64,000 nt of DNA from Rhizodiscina lignyota (Eukaryota), in assembly GCA_010015805.1 (NCBI GenBank), contig ML978121.1, positions 2,294,001-2,358,000 on the forward strand, read 5' to 3'. The position numbers were made by a program, and so were the translations under genes. How positions within the stretch are numbered: position 1 is the first letter of the stretch; each line of letters starts with the position of its first letter. The notes beneath the pieces were generated by a model that saw only the letters and a program-made list of their open reading frames with translations, was not told the DNA's origin and ran no database searches. Below are positions 1-12,523 of the stretch, one piece after another.

Positions 1-1237
1 TCCGATTGTCATACACAACGACTGTGCCTGGCTCCCATTTGGCGCGGGTGTGGAATTCAAGGCCTGTCTGGAGATGTGAATAGAGCATCCTTGTGATTGC
101 ATCGCTTTCTTCATCCTTCAGTCCCACGATGCCGCTGATGTACTCGGGCGGAAACCAGAGCGCTTTTCGTCCAGTGACAGGATGTTTGCGGACGATCGGG
201 TGTACGGTGTCGACGAGCTCGCGGCGGTACACACTGACCTTGGATCCGTGGACCGCTTGCCGCTGGCCTGAATGCAAGGCGTCCAGTCCCTCGAGGAAAG
301 CTTTCATTGGCTCCGAAAGTTTATCATATGCTTCCATGGAGTTCAAATACAGCGTGTCGCCACCAGTCTCCGGGTTCTCGAGGACGGCCAAAAACGTTGT
401 GCCCATTGGATTCCTGTCCTGCATCAGATCGTGTGAAGAATATCCAGCAGACCTCGGTACTCACTTTTCATAAGTCATATCAGAGTGCCATCGAGTCGTG
501 GTCAGCATACCAGCACTGTAGTGGTCAAATACGGTCTTGTTGCTATCACGGAGGTTGGCCAAGATCTCTGGATGACCTTTCATGTGGGAGCCAAATGAAT
601 GAACGTGCAGTCTTCCGAAGTGGCTACCGTACTGCTTCAGGAACTCGGGGCTTTGGTGGACAAAGTCTTGATCGCGGAATACCAGCAAGCCGCGTTCTGC
701 TGCCCAGAGTGACAATTCGTCCTTTTGCTGGTCTGTAAGGGCGCTGAGCTGGACGCCTTTGACCTCTGTTCCAGTCGAGGGGGTCATATCTTTCTTTTCC
801 TTGATCGCTGCGAACAAGGCTTTCTTTTCGGGGTCAGCCCTGGAAGCTGGGTCTACATGATCATATTGTTCATATGGAGCCTCCTTGGTAAGCGTTGTGT
901 GAGCCAAATAGTGCTTCCATGGATACTGCCGACAGGGTTAGACACCGAATGACAGGGAATTGCAGAGACGCACGTCAGTGTAGTCTGCCTTGAGAAGCTG
1001 GAGCATCTCCGTTTGCCCTTTTGGGTTGATAGGGCCCTCAGTAGTGTTTCCGGGAAACTTGAAGTCTTTCGGAGGGACGAAGTCGGTATTTGGCTTCGTG
1101 CCCGTAAACCATTTGTAGCCTTTGAATTCGACCTCCCAGCCTCCTGGAACCTTTGTGTATTTTGGCTCGTCATTGATGGGGAGACTCAACGTTTCAGCAG
1201 TGCTGGGAACAGTTTCCGTGACGGTAGACGTTGCCAT
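1..1237 (-). CDS. TauD/TfdA-family Fe(II)/alpha-ketoglutarate dioxygenase (sulfonate dioxygenase, JLP1-like); 3' end runs off the window
   Basis: Exons 1237-974, 925-465 and 413-<1 are joined by GT..AG introns. Motifs ERGLLVFRDQ, WHSDMTYE (HxD), GGDTLY, HPIVRKHPVTG and WEPGTVVVYDNR. Confidence 0.9.
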
Positions 1238-2264
1238 GTTTGATGGTAGTATTTTTTTCACGGTCTTGATTTCGTTTCTTTGCTTGGACGAGTGATCGCA
1301 GCTCTTTCTTCCTCGCAGATATATGCAGAAAACAAACCCTCGATTCTATACATTGTCTACCCGAGTTTTCCTGTTTCTGTTGATAATAGACTACTCTGTT
1401 GTAAGAAATCTAATTGTCATTGGAGGAGAGAAGTCTTGGAGTGAGCAGATTCGGAAGAGCCGCCCCGGATAAGAGCAAGACGTGATGAAAGCATCTGCAA
1501 GTGTTCCATCCTTTGCGTATTCCTCCCCTTCCTAATTCGTCCATGATTGACAGAGATAAGGAAGTCATACATGGAAACTTCGCTTTGATGCCTGCCGCTG
1601 CTACCGACATCGATGTACTGGTAACAGGCTCTGTAGCTCTTCTACTTCCACTTCTACTCTGCATATGAGCGGGACTTTTGAAGGATTGGTATAATTCTTT
1701 CAACCATCAAGAATGCGAAGGCGCCGCGTTAAGAATATGAGGCGTGCAGATCGTTGCTGTAAAGGGTTACCGCGGAGCTCTTCAGCTTTCATTTCCGTCC
1801 TAGTGTTTCACCGACGTCCACCCAGCCACATCAACATCCCAACCAGCGACAAGGAGCCCCATCTCCCAAGCCTGCGGAATACGTTGTGACCAAGTCGACT
1901 GGGCAGTTTCTAGATTGATCACTACCATGTCTCCACGGTCTTGGATAGGGCAACCGGACTTCCGCGCTGAACATTTCGTCGGCTGCTTACTGGCGGCGAA
2001 GATCATGACCGGGTACTTGGATCAGAGCGTCGTGGCATCTGTCTCTAAAGCTGCTCCTCACTGATAAGAGAACGTACATGCCAGGGCCTATCGTGGAAGT
2101 ATCAAAGCGATGCAGAATGTCCGTGATAATGCTCGGCCAAGTGGGATCAAGATCCTTACCTGATCGCATGCCTATCATGTTGCTATTACTACCGTTGTCC
2201 CAACGGCCACAATCCGAAAGCTGTCTCTGGAATTTGGGGTTCGACGTAGCGACAAACCAGCAAG

Positions 2265-4042
2265 ATGGATGAAAAGAAAATCGACTCGAAGCAGGTGTCT
2301 GCGGAGCCCGAGGTCGTGCGGGAAAGCCTGGAAATCATCGAAGCTGCTCACGAGCATGCTGATGAGGCTCTCGGATTCGTCGAGAAGCATGAAGGCTTCA
2401 CCTTCACGCCAGAGCAGGACAAGGCAGTCCAGAGGAAGATTGACCGTCACATCATGCCATTGGTAAGACCTGGTATTCATCTCGGAGTGTCTAATTCACC
2501 ACTAACGACTACAGATGTTCGTCTCATATGTTTTCCAGTATATGGACAAGAGTGTCATGGCACAGAGTCTAATATATGGATTGCAAGAGGACTTGCACCT
2601 TGTCGGCCAGCAGTATAGCTGGTGCGGGTAGGTGGCCCATCCAACGTCTATTTTGGGATAGTCCTTTTCTGACGAGAATTTCAGCTCTGCATTCTATTTT
2701 GGCTACCTTGCCTTCCAACCCTTTGCTGGGCGCCTTCTGAACAAAGTCCCCCTGGGCCGATTTGTCTCCATTACTGCTTTCGCTTGGGCTATCATCCTAT
2801 TCTGCACACCAGGTGCTATGAACTTCTCCGGCCTCTTTGCCTGCCGATTTTTCCTCGGCGCTGCTGAGGGTGGAATTTCTCCTGCCTATGTCTTGATCAC
2901 TGGGATGTGGTATAAGAAAGATGAGATTCCTCAACGCATGACGTTCTGGTTCACTGGTAATGGTGTTGCCATCATTATCCAAGCCCTGCTCTCGTACGGC
3001 ATTGGCCATATAAAGACGTCTGTCGCAACTTGGAGATGGTTCTTCATCATCTTTGGAATATTGGGTTTGGCATGGGCCTTGGTTCTCTTCTTGTTCATGC
3101 CTGACAGTCCGCTCACTGTAAGTAATCATCCAAAACTCTATGCGGCCATAATGCCAATTATTGCTTCGTGGGACGAGTAACTAATGCTTTCTTGTAATAG
3201 GCCAAATTCTTGACTGATGACGAGAAGATTATTGCTGTTGAACGACTTAGAGCGAACAGAACAGGCGTAGCGAATAAGGAATTCAAGAAGAACCAATTTA
3301 TAGAGGGTCTGACGGATCCGCTCGTATATTACTCCTTCTTCTATGCAATCTCCTGCGTTGTTCCGAACAGCGGAGTATCATTTGTAAGTCGAGACTTGGA
3401 CACTACCTTTAAATGCGGCGCGCTAATTCATCATAGTTTGGTACGCTGATCATCAAAGGCATGGGATTCAACAACTTTATCAGCTCTGTCCTTCTTATGC
3501 CATTTGGAGCCGCCGAATGTATAGCCCTTATCTCTTCAGGCTACATCACCCGGAAGTGGCCAAACATGCGGTGCATCATGCAGGCCTTCTGGTGCGCTCC
3601 CGCTGTGCTCGGCGCTGCCTTGGTTTATTATCTTCCGGCGGGAAATACGGCAGGCCGCCTCGCTGGATTTTGTATTACGGGCTTCTCCAATACTGCGCTT
3701 CCGCTTCAATTCTCTCTTGTCAGCTCCAACATCGCCGGACATACAAAACGATCCGTGAGCAACGCAGTCATGTTCTTGGGGTATGCAACAGGCTTCATCA
3801 TTGGACCGCAGTTCTTCTTGCAAAGCGAATCGCCGAGATACCCGACTGGATTCAAGACAATGATGATTACCTTTGCAATTTCCTGTATTGCACCATTGTG
3901 TCTGTGGGGCTATTTGACGTTGTTGAACAGGCGTAAGGAGGCCCGACTCGTGGAGAGCGGGGGCGAAAATGTATATGCGAGGAATGAAGAGTTTCTAGAC
4001 TTGACGGATAGGGAGCAGATACATTTCCGATATTCTAAGTAG
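2265..4042 (+). CDS. MFS transporter, allantoate permease (DAL5/anion:cation symporter) family
   Basis: Five exons (~2265-2462, 2515-2627, 2684-3117, 3201-3382, 3437-4042). Motifs RKIDRHIMP, RFFLGAAEG, WYKKDE, NIAGHTKR, IIGPQFF and C-terminal FLDLTDREQIHFRY. Confidence 0.92.
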
Positions 4043-4491
4043 TCCTCATCATAGCAACACGAGGAGGCTTATGCAGTATGGCCAGGTTATCAACTTTTGA
4101 AGAGCATGAGTTGTTCACTGCAAAAATGTATAGTCAAAGAAAGAGCCGATACCTACAGTCTATGGCCATTGATAGTAGCATAAGGCCAGCGATCCCAAAT
4201 TTTATGCATTTTGAAGCTCACAGTGCAGAGTTGTGAGTAGCAGCGCCACTCGGCGTGGTCTAGATTCAGATGCAGCCAGGGGTCAAAGAGCCAATCAGAA
4301 GCCCAGGAGGCAACCTCCGGATCTTTTCCTTACAGGTCCCACCTTTCGCACAAAGGCGCCTCCAACACCCAGGCACCCCAGGGCTCACGGGTTTCTTGCC
4401 ATACTCCAGCCTATACGAGTTGCGCTCAGTTCATACTAGGCTGACGAATCGATATGCCACTCAGAAGTGGCCTGACATTCTGTTAGGCGCT

Positions 4492-6865
4492 ATGGAGCCG
4501 AAGAAATATCTACCTATACTTCCCGCCACCCGCACTGCACCTCAAATGCCATCCAAAGTCACGAGGCAAGGCCCGAAGAGAAAGCGTGCAAATGTTACTA
4601 GAGTTGCATGCAATGCCTGTCGCTTTAAAAAGATAGGTGTAAGTGAATTGACGTGCTTGTTTTCACGCGCCGAGGTGGATTCCTTCTAATGCGCGGCCGC
4701 TTCATAGTGCGATGGGAGAAGACCAATCTGTACGCCATGCCAGAATCGTGGTTTCGAATGTGCCTATGTTACTATGGATGAGTCGGAAACTACCTCAATG
4801 GCCCACAAACGTGAGAACGAAAGCTTGAAACAGAAATCCAACGACTTGGAAAAGTTGTTCCTCCACATGGCCTCCGCACCGGAAGATGTGGCTCTGGAGG
4901 CTCTGCAACTACTCCGAGCCACATCTGATCCAGTTTCCGCACTTCGCCTCTCTGAGCAAAAGACAGCCCGGGCAGTCTTGCCGCCAATATACTCCGGGCA
5001 AGAGTTAGAGCTGATGGTGCGGCATCCCGTGGCATATCCGATGTCGACTCCACTGGAGAGCGATACACTCGCACGCCTGCTATCTGGACAAGCAGACATG
5101 AAGTTTTTAAATCGCAGAGTGGGATTTGGATTGTCTCACGCCAGTCCCGGGGCTACTACTGATACTTGGCCCGACAACAGATCAAGCGAGAAAAGCATTC
5201 ATGGGAGCGAACATGCTCTGTCTGATAAATCGGATACCACTGCTTCACCAATCGGGCCAGATCAGTTCATATTTGACTTTGATTTCGATCCACGCTTAGC
5301 TCACTTGGATATTGCTTTTTGGACTGCCGTTCCAGTCACAAATCAATATGCCGCAGCTGCAATTTCGCTGTACTTGGAGACAGACCACCTCATCCAAGGA
5401 CTATTCGATACCGGGCTGTTCATCAACGATCTGATAAATCGTAGACAAGAACATTGTTCACTTTTCATGGTCAACTCATTGCTCGCATTTGCATCTGTAA
5501 GCATGCGTCATGACCAGCCCGATTAAGGGTTTGTTCTAATGAATCCAGCAAGCGTATGCGTCCAAGGATATGCAAGCATCCTCCAGAAGCTATGAGTTCG
5601 AAAACGAGGCCGAAACGCTATGGCATGCTGAAACATCTTCTACCGGAAAACTCGGATCTGAGAGCTTGGCCGACACTGCAACTATGATTTCCGGCCTGGT
5701 TCTGCTCTTCCAGTCCCTCGCGGGTCACGGGCGCGGCGATAGCTCAATAAAGTACCTGAGAATCGTACCCCAGATTGCGGTTAGAATGAGGCTATTCGGC
5801 GTGGAGAATACATTGAATGCCGAGGACTCCGCTTTTAACTCTCTATCAGAAGAGAAGCAAAAATCCACTGCACACGCTACTTGGGGGGCATTCAATCTCG
5901 TTGTGTGAGTTATGTAACACCTTGAGCGTTCAAATTCCTGACAGCGCCAGCATGCAAACACTCGTTTTCATGGTAGACACCCCAGAGTTTCCGCCAAAGG
6001 TGCCTGTTCCTGAGATCGAGTCTATCCCTCCAACTTTTTCTTCATTCTGTGGTTTCTGGATGATCGTCTCGGAGATAAACCTAGTCTATCACCATTCGAA
6101 CGCCGCTGGCGGTGTGGCAGCCAGTTTCGCGCTGTCAAAATATCAGATGCTGCTGTCTTTCGCAGATAACCTCCAGGAAGACATGGTTCTAAGCGATGGA
6201 AGCCCTGATCATGTAGTTGTGTTTCAGTAAGGCTTTCAATCCATACTCAAAGTTAATTTGCTTCGCTATGACTGATGATGTTTAGTCTCTTCTACCACGC
6301 TGTCATTCTTGATATCTTCCGGCCATTTATTCCGGCCGAGAGACAGCACGGTTTCAGGTGTTGGTCTCAGTCAAAGTTTGCAACATCACCGGAGGCTATC
6401 TTCGCCGCATCCCTGAAGCAACTGAAGCGCCTTATTCTCATTTACAGGAGCCAGCACCGAAGTGCTACTTATTCCATCTTCTGGAGCGCGGCTATTTTCT
6501 ACGTAGCTAATGCGGTGCTGAAGGATACAAGTGATCCAAAATGGCACTTCTACTTCTTGGTGTGCATAAAAGGCTTCCAGGCGCTGTTCACCTCCTTCCA
6601 AGTGGTTGAAGGTATTGTACAGGGCCTGCTGACAATGGCGATCGAGAGTGGTGCCATGAGCAGTTCAGAGACGCAGATTTTGATTCAAGAACTCCGCGAC
6701 CGCGATGATCGGTATCGGTATAAGCTCATGGATGCGACTAGAGGGGGCTTCGTCCTGGATCTGGGCCTCGCGATGACGAACCCCGACGCTGCGAAAGTCG
6801 AGTGTCTGGCGGATCGGTTTGAGCAGATGGCTATGTTCAACGAGTTTACGGATGGAGTAGTCTGA
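4492..6865 (+). CDS. Zn(II)2Cys6 fungal transcription factor with middle homology region (NirA-like)
   Basis: ACNACRFKKIG|CDGRRPICTPCQNRGFEC is rebuilt across an intron at ~4639-4707. Further exons match the ORFs at 4774, 5570, 5817 and 6275. Stop TGA at 6863-6865. Confidence 0.9.
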
Positions 6866-7337
6866 AATGCTTCTCAAAGGCGGCGCAGAATGTCTAGGTT
6901 TGGTGAAAGGGGGGAGTCTTTGGGATTCAGCATTATACCCATTAGCAACAGTATGGCTAAGTTTGACGGCTCCGCCCTGCGAAGCATGCTTTCGGTTCTT
7001 TACAAATCATTCACTAAGCGCAACGTCGCTAGAGAATAGAAATGCGGCAACATGATGAATTCTAATGCCTAATTCATACTCTCATTTCGCCGTTCTGTTA
7101 CTTGCTCTCATTCGCCTCTTTACCAAAGCATTTAGTTACTGCAAGCTTATATGAAATAATCGCTAGCTGAGCACAACAGGGCGGACAGACCAGTATCCAT
7201 ATGCTCCGTTGACCGCTGACAGTCAACAACCAGGCGAACACTGCCTCAATATTAACGGTTGCAGCATTCCTTCAATGTTCCAAATCACACTCTGCTCAAC
7301 AACATCGCAGTTACGGAGCGAGGATAGCAGTAGTTGG

Positions 7338-8141
7338 TCAAGTGTATTCGTGTTCCTTGCCCTCCAATCGTATGACGGTAAGAGCCTGGCACAGCTTTGC
7401 CATGGAAGCGGCATCACGGTGTAGTTCTTCGAAGACTTGATTCGCATCCCCAAGGCCCAATTTCTCTGCTGTCGCAAGATTTCGTTGCGATAAAGCAGGC
7501 GCCACAGAGGGAGCGACAGCTTGAATTGTCTCCAGGAAGATATCCGCTCCTAGTTCGCCGATACCTTTGAATTCCTTCACCCTCTTCTTGACTGTGCCGT
7601 TCGCATTCTCAGAGCTCTTGACGTCGACTAGGCGACTCGCATCTCCGTCGTACTTCTCCCTCAGATGCTCTGCTAGCTGACCCAATGCCGTAGCTGTCTT
7701 CTCACGGTAATGCGTGTACCCGCCTTTCGTCAAGACATCAGTGCGCTCTTCCCAACTGCTCTTCTCCAAAGTATCGATGTTTTGGTAACCTGCAGAGACA
7801 CACTGGGCAAGTGTTTCTTCTGCAATCGTATGGGATATCCTCGCCGAACTAATGAGCGCGTTGAGCAAATGCGCGAGCACAGTTTCAGGCGTTGATTCCT
7901 GCGCCTTGTCCACAGCGATGAACTCCGACATTGGTCTTCCCTTGGCTAGTAACAGCTCAACTGTTTTGGGCTTCCTCCCGCTCTGAGTTTTGGCTTTGTC
8001 CTCTGTAGTAGATGAGCTGCTCTTTTTTGACTGCTTCACTGGTTTGCTATCCTTGTCACTGGGATGTTTCTCGGATGTATTGCTTTTCAGGGAAGGCTCG
8101 TCCTTCGTGGACTGGCCAGTCTGGGAGCGTGTGGTGACCAT
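7338..8141 (-). CDS. Helix-hairpin-helix (HhH-GPD/endonuclease III-like fold) protein with Lys/Ser-rich N-terminus
   Basis: Intronless 267 aa ORF. Motifs SARISHTIA and GGYTHYREKTATALG, plus HhH motif EFKGIGELGADIF. Confidence 0.7.
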   Translation of the reverse strand: MVTTRSQTGQSTKDEPSLKSNTSEKHPSDKDSKPVKQSKKSSSSTTEDKAKTQSGRKPKTVELLLAKGRPMSEFIAVDKAQESTPETVLAHLLNALISSARISHTIAEETLAQCVSAGYQNIDTLEKSSWEERTDVLTKGGYTHYREKTATALGQLAEHLREKYDGDASRLVDVKSSENANGTVKKRVKEFKGIGELGADIFLETIQAVAPSVAPALSQRNLATAEKLGLGDANQVFEELHRDAASMAKLCQALTVIRLEGKEHEYT

Positions 8142-8253
8142 GGCTAAATGTGATAGTTTTGGGCCGCTTGAGTTATGCGGTTTGGATTATTGGTCTTCGC
8201 AATTAATAAGGATGTTTACTCCTCCATATACCATCCACCTATGTCATACTCCG

Positions 8254-8261
8254 TGACGTCA
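8254..8261. promoter_or_regulatory. CRE-like palindrome TGACGTCA (ATF/CREB bZIP site) upstream of the HhH gene
   Basis: Exact palindrome ~110 nt upstream of the ATG at 8141. Confidence 0.4.
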
Positions 8262-8486
8262 TGTATGGCTCATAGAATTTCCCGCCTTGATGAAGGTTTT
8301 CAAAATTCTCCCTGGAATTCGTAACGATTTTCATCAGATGCTATTATTAGCGATTTGGCGCTCCAAACCCCTGAAAAGGGGCAAATAGGATAATGTATTG
8401 GACAACCCCCGCCTCAAAGCCCAGAAATTAAACCCAAGCACGCGCTTTTTTGGTGTATACATCTACATAAGTTTTCTCTGAGTCCC

Positions 8487-10019
8487 TCAAGAGTGATTGA
8501 GAGGTATTTTGGTCGGTATACGCTCATCTGTTTGATAGTTCGATGCATACTTGGCTGCGCCGGCCCCAGCTATCCGCCCAAACACGATTGTCTCCGCAAA
8601 GTTGCAACTACTTTGGTAAGAATGCCCCCAGATACTTCCGCATTCGCCTGCCCCATATAGGCCTTGGATTGGTTGGCCCTCAGGATCCAAGATTTCGGCG
8701 CGTTCGTTGCGCCGTGGCCCGCCTTGAGTGTTGTACAACAGAGGCTTTACGATCATGGCGTAGTATGGTGCCTTGATTGGTGCCATGGAGTCCCTTCTCC
8801 GCCCAAAGTCGTCTTCTGATTCAGTGGCTTCGTTGAAACCTGACAATGTCTGTTGAAGCTCCGCTTGAGGAAGTCCGGTGACTGATGAAAGTTCTTCAAC
8901 AGAATCTGCCTTCTTAATCCATCCTTTTTTAATCTCTTCGGTGCTGTAAGGGGACCATTTATATCCCTTTACGACGACTTGATAACTGAAGACCTCCAGA
9001 ACGAGGCTTCGGTCCGTTTCGACGTTGACTGCATCTGTGACCAGCCACATGGGATCGTGGACGTATTTGCCGGACTCCCCGTCTAATGCTGCAGTGTCTG
9101 AGTGGCCTCTGTGAGACTCGAGACGAGTTTCATTAATGAACCGCTTCCCACGCTTATCCACGAAAATGAAATTCGGATGCCGCAATGCAAGACCAAATCC
9201 GAACTTCGAATCCGGCGGTTGAAAGCCAAGTACTGACGCTTCAGCCGTCATATGCCAAAGGCTCGTACCGACATATTGTGCCAGCCTGATATTGTCCCCA
9301 GTGTTTACGGCGGATCCAAGCAAGCCGATATCGCGGGGACCCAAAGAATCTCTCTTCAGCTCTGCATCATCTTCAAAACCACCACATGCCATAATCACTG
9401 CCCTGGCGGAGATTCGGTCGCCGTTGTCGAGGAGTACTCCCGCAACTGATCCTTCGCCTTCCCGTTCAATACGGCGAACATGCGTACCAGTCCTAATTGT
9501 CACATTCTGTTCTCGTCTAAGTTGCGAGTCCAGGAGCTCCCACACTCTCCTACCCGCCGTCGGAGCCGGACAACGATCTGTTTGTTTAATATGATAAACT
9601 CTTAAGTCCAGGTCTTCAGCGGACTCTAATTTGGGGAACGTCAAGCCGGGTATGTAGTAAGTCCACATCCGCTCAAATTTGTTTTCTTCCCACTCAGCAC
9701 CAAGCTCTTCCAGCCAGCTGGGAATCTCATACAATCCTTCAACGTACGCATCAATCACCCGTTTCGGAGTCGTTCCTTGAGAGACTTCTCCTAGATATTG
9801 TGAGAATTGAAGCCCGTCCGACTTTTGTTTCTTGTGAAAGTCGGTGGGCATAGTCATGTTTGCGGAGGACACGAATGAGTTTCCGCCGGCCTTGTCTGCC
9901 TTGTCTATGATGAGGACCCTGGCGCCGCATCGCGAAGCTTGAAGAGCTGCGTTCGCACCTGCGGAGCCATACCCGAGGATAATAACATCGTAATGCTCAG
10001 CAAGCACGGCCTGTGTCAT
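8487..10019 (-). CDS. FAD-binding oxidoreductase of the fumarate reductase/succinate dehydrogenase flavoprotein (FAD_binding_2) superfamily
   Basis: Intronless 510 aa ORF from the ATG at 10019. Motifs DVIILGYGSAG (Rossmann), AVIMACGGF, NTGD, GKRFINE, TQGGPRRN, GLYGAGE and FGRIAG. Confidence 0.88.
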   Translation of the reverse strand: MTQAVLAEHYDVIILGYGSAGANAALQASRCGARVLIIDKADKAGGNSFVSSANMTMPTDFHKKQKSDGLQFSQYLGEVSQGTTPKRVIDAYVEGLYEIPSWLEELGAEWEENKFERMWTYYIPGLTFPKLESAEDLDLRVYHIKQTDRCPAPTAGRRVWELLDSQLRREQNVTIRTGTHVRRIEREGEGSVAGVLLDNGDRISARAVIMACGGFEDDAELKRDSLGPRDIGLLGSAVNTGDNIRLAQYVGTSLWHMTAEASVLGFQPPDSKFGFGLALRHPNFIFVDKRGKRFINETRLESHRGHSDTAALDGESGKYVHDPMWLVTDAVNVETDRSLVLEVFSYQVVVKGYKWSPYSTEEIKKGWIKKADSVEELSSVTGLPQAELQQTLSGFNEATESEDDFGRRRDSMAPIKAPYYAMIVKPLLYNTQGGPRRNERAEILDPEGQPIQGLYGAGECGSIWGHSYQSSCNFAETIVFGRIAGAGAAKYASNYQTDERIPTKIPLNHS

Positions 10020-10559
10020 TGCACGTGAGGTTTTCACTGGCTGAGGAAGGCAATCGATGACTTTGAAATGGCGTGTTGATGAAAGAGAATGGAAAGAGAG
10101 AAAGGCCGTTGTTCAAGGATGCTTGAAAGTTACTTCCACTCGTTGAGATGAAAACTACCGTAGTCTTCGCTTCAAGAATGATATGCTTAATGCATGTAGA
10201 GCTACGTGCGTACCTTGTCATAAATTTTCGATTTACGTCATTGTGACTTCATGTGAATTTCTGCTTGGGGGAATCGGTTCGTGAATCGTCCGTCTACCAG
10301 TATTTTAACGCCAGCCCTAGCGTGCACGCGACTGTGATGTCGAAGGGTGCGAACGTGGTAGAATTTTGATACCCATTTTACCTTGCATAAACGCCGCATC
10401 TAGAAGGGAGATTTCGATATTATTAACAGAGTCGGCCATCTTTCGTTCGCAATTGCCGTTCTCATGAAAAAGCGGCGGAACTGAAGCCTAAAGATCCTCT
10501 TTGCATTGCGCCAGCGTAGACGTACTGTTGGCGACCAGGAAGTTCGTTGAGATTATGTC

Positions 10560-11786
10560 TCAAGAGCTCGATTTGGTCGCCTTGCCTAGACTCATGCCAA
10601 CCTCAACTGAAACCTGAATGCGCTGGCTGCTGCAGTTAAGTAGATCTTCGTCGAATTCGATCCTTCCAGTTTGGAAAGCGACAATAATGGAAGAGCCACC
10701 GAACTGGAACACGCCGAGCTCGTCGCCTTTGCTAATTCTACTTCCCGGTTGTTGCCACTGCTCATGGATGCTACGCATATGCCGTCAGCAAAACCCCAAC
10801 GTGTGGATTGAGATGGGTTGTTTACCGGACGCTTCCGACATCTGTCGCTCCTATTGCAACGAATAGAACCAAACCGAAGTCCTCTGTCTCAATTACCACG
10901 TACTCCCTTGCGTTTCTCGTAAGGATGTCAACATGGCTGTCCAGCGCGACTGGGTCCACTTGATAATAGTCACCGGGCATGCTTCGGAACTGCTTTATCG
11001 TGCCCGTTACCGGGGAGTGATATCTGTGGTAGTCTTGTGGACTGAGTCGAAAACTTGCGACCGAGCCATCGTCGAACTTTGGGCCTAGCTGCGAGTCCAT
11101 GACTAGATTCGTAATGCTAAAGTCGAGCCCTTTGATCCAGAGCTTTTTTGCCTTGGAGACTGTTTCGTACGTCACGACCCGTGAATCGGCGACAACAACA
11201 GCACTCCTCGGATCATCTTTCTCGTGGATAGGTCGGGCGCCAGGAGCATGGCGGCGTACGAAGAAGTCTTCGAATGTCGGATAAGCATTTATATCTGACG
11301 GCTCAAAGTCATCCATGTTGATGTGGTAAGTCTCTACAAATCCTTTGATCTGCTTTTTAGAGCCGTACAGCCCCTCTTCTCGGCCTGGTCTCAATGTTAG
11401 CGCATTCTCCAGCACAGCTTCTAGCTTGTCGGAGGAGCGAGCACACCAGCTCTCATCGTTCTTTTGTGTGTCCATAGTCGCATTTCATGTGTGGTGTCGA
11501 TCCAATTCGTCACGGGATTAAAGAGGAACAGTAGCTTGAGTTTCTTCAGAATCGGTTGCTGCTCGCGGATAAGCTTTCCGCTCTAGTAAATATTAGCATC
11601 ACACATCTACGAGGGCGCATTGTAGAAACCTTGCGATCCAGGCTTAGCCATCCGACCTCCTTATTCTGGGCCTGTGAGGACGTGAAGTCAGGACATGTTT
11701 TGGCTGCCAAGCGTTCTGCCACTTACGAGCCGCACAAAGGAGAGAAGGTAATCCAAGATGTTATGGATGACTGTGAAGAAACCCAT
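10560..11786 (-). CDS. Phosphatidylserine decarboxylase family proenzyme (short PSD2-like paralogue without C2 domains)
   Basis: Five exons from ATG 11786 (MGFFTVIHNILDY). Motifs FEDFFVR, FRLSPQDYHRYHSPV and IGATDVGS, plus autocleavage motif FQFGGSS. Confidence 0.9.
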
Positions 11787-12523
11787 TTTGATGAAGTTGA
11801 TTGTACATGCTAGTTGTGGTATACGAAAAAATATAATGCCCCTGTTAACTGAGAGAACCTGGAAAGAAAACCTTGTCGCAACCCCAGTGATATCATACTG
11901 ACGTTGTGATCAACCCCTTGAAGCGTCAACCTTGAATCAAGCGAGCAATGAAACTACCTATCGAAAAAAGAAGCGTCTGAGGTAGTCCCTGGTAGATCGA
12001 TGCGAATGACTGAGATAGAGGTGCATTGCATGACGATGCAGTTCAATGCAAGGCTTGCAAACCCATGAGACTGGATTGACGCTTCCCGAAGTTGGCAGAG
12101 ATCAGGACGGCCGAATCCAGTCAAGGCACGGAGTACTGTTACGACAATAGTCCGATGTGCTCCCAGACATTGTCGGAACATTCAATGGCTTCTACTTAGA
12201 CTTCACCGAAATCCCGGAATTGTTGTAGAATAGATGGTAGTCGTTTCTCTCCTCGTTGCCGCCGAGTTTTCGGATGGGCCGCTTCCGCCGGAGGGCACCC
12301 CTTCATCAATCATCTCCCGAGGTGAAGTACAACCAAGTAACGAGCATTGAATTGTTTAGAGCCTAAAGTTTGAGTTTCCAATCAAAATTGTATATTCCAA
12401 ATCTCACTATAAACGCCTTGCATATATCTCCGCACAATATCCTCGTAGTTGACACCTATTTTAGGATACCCAATATCCCCCGTCTTACGTCTCATCATCC
12501 GCTTTGGAAAGTGACAGGCAACA

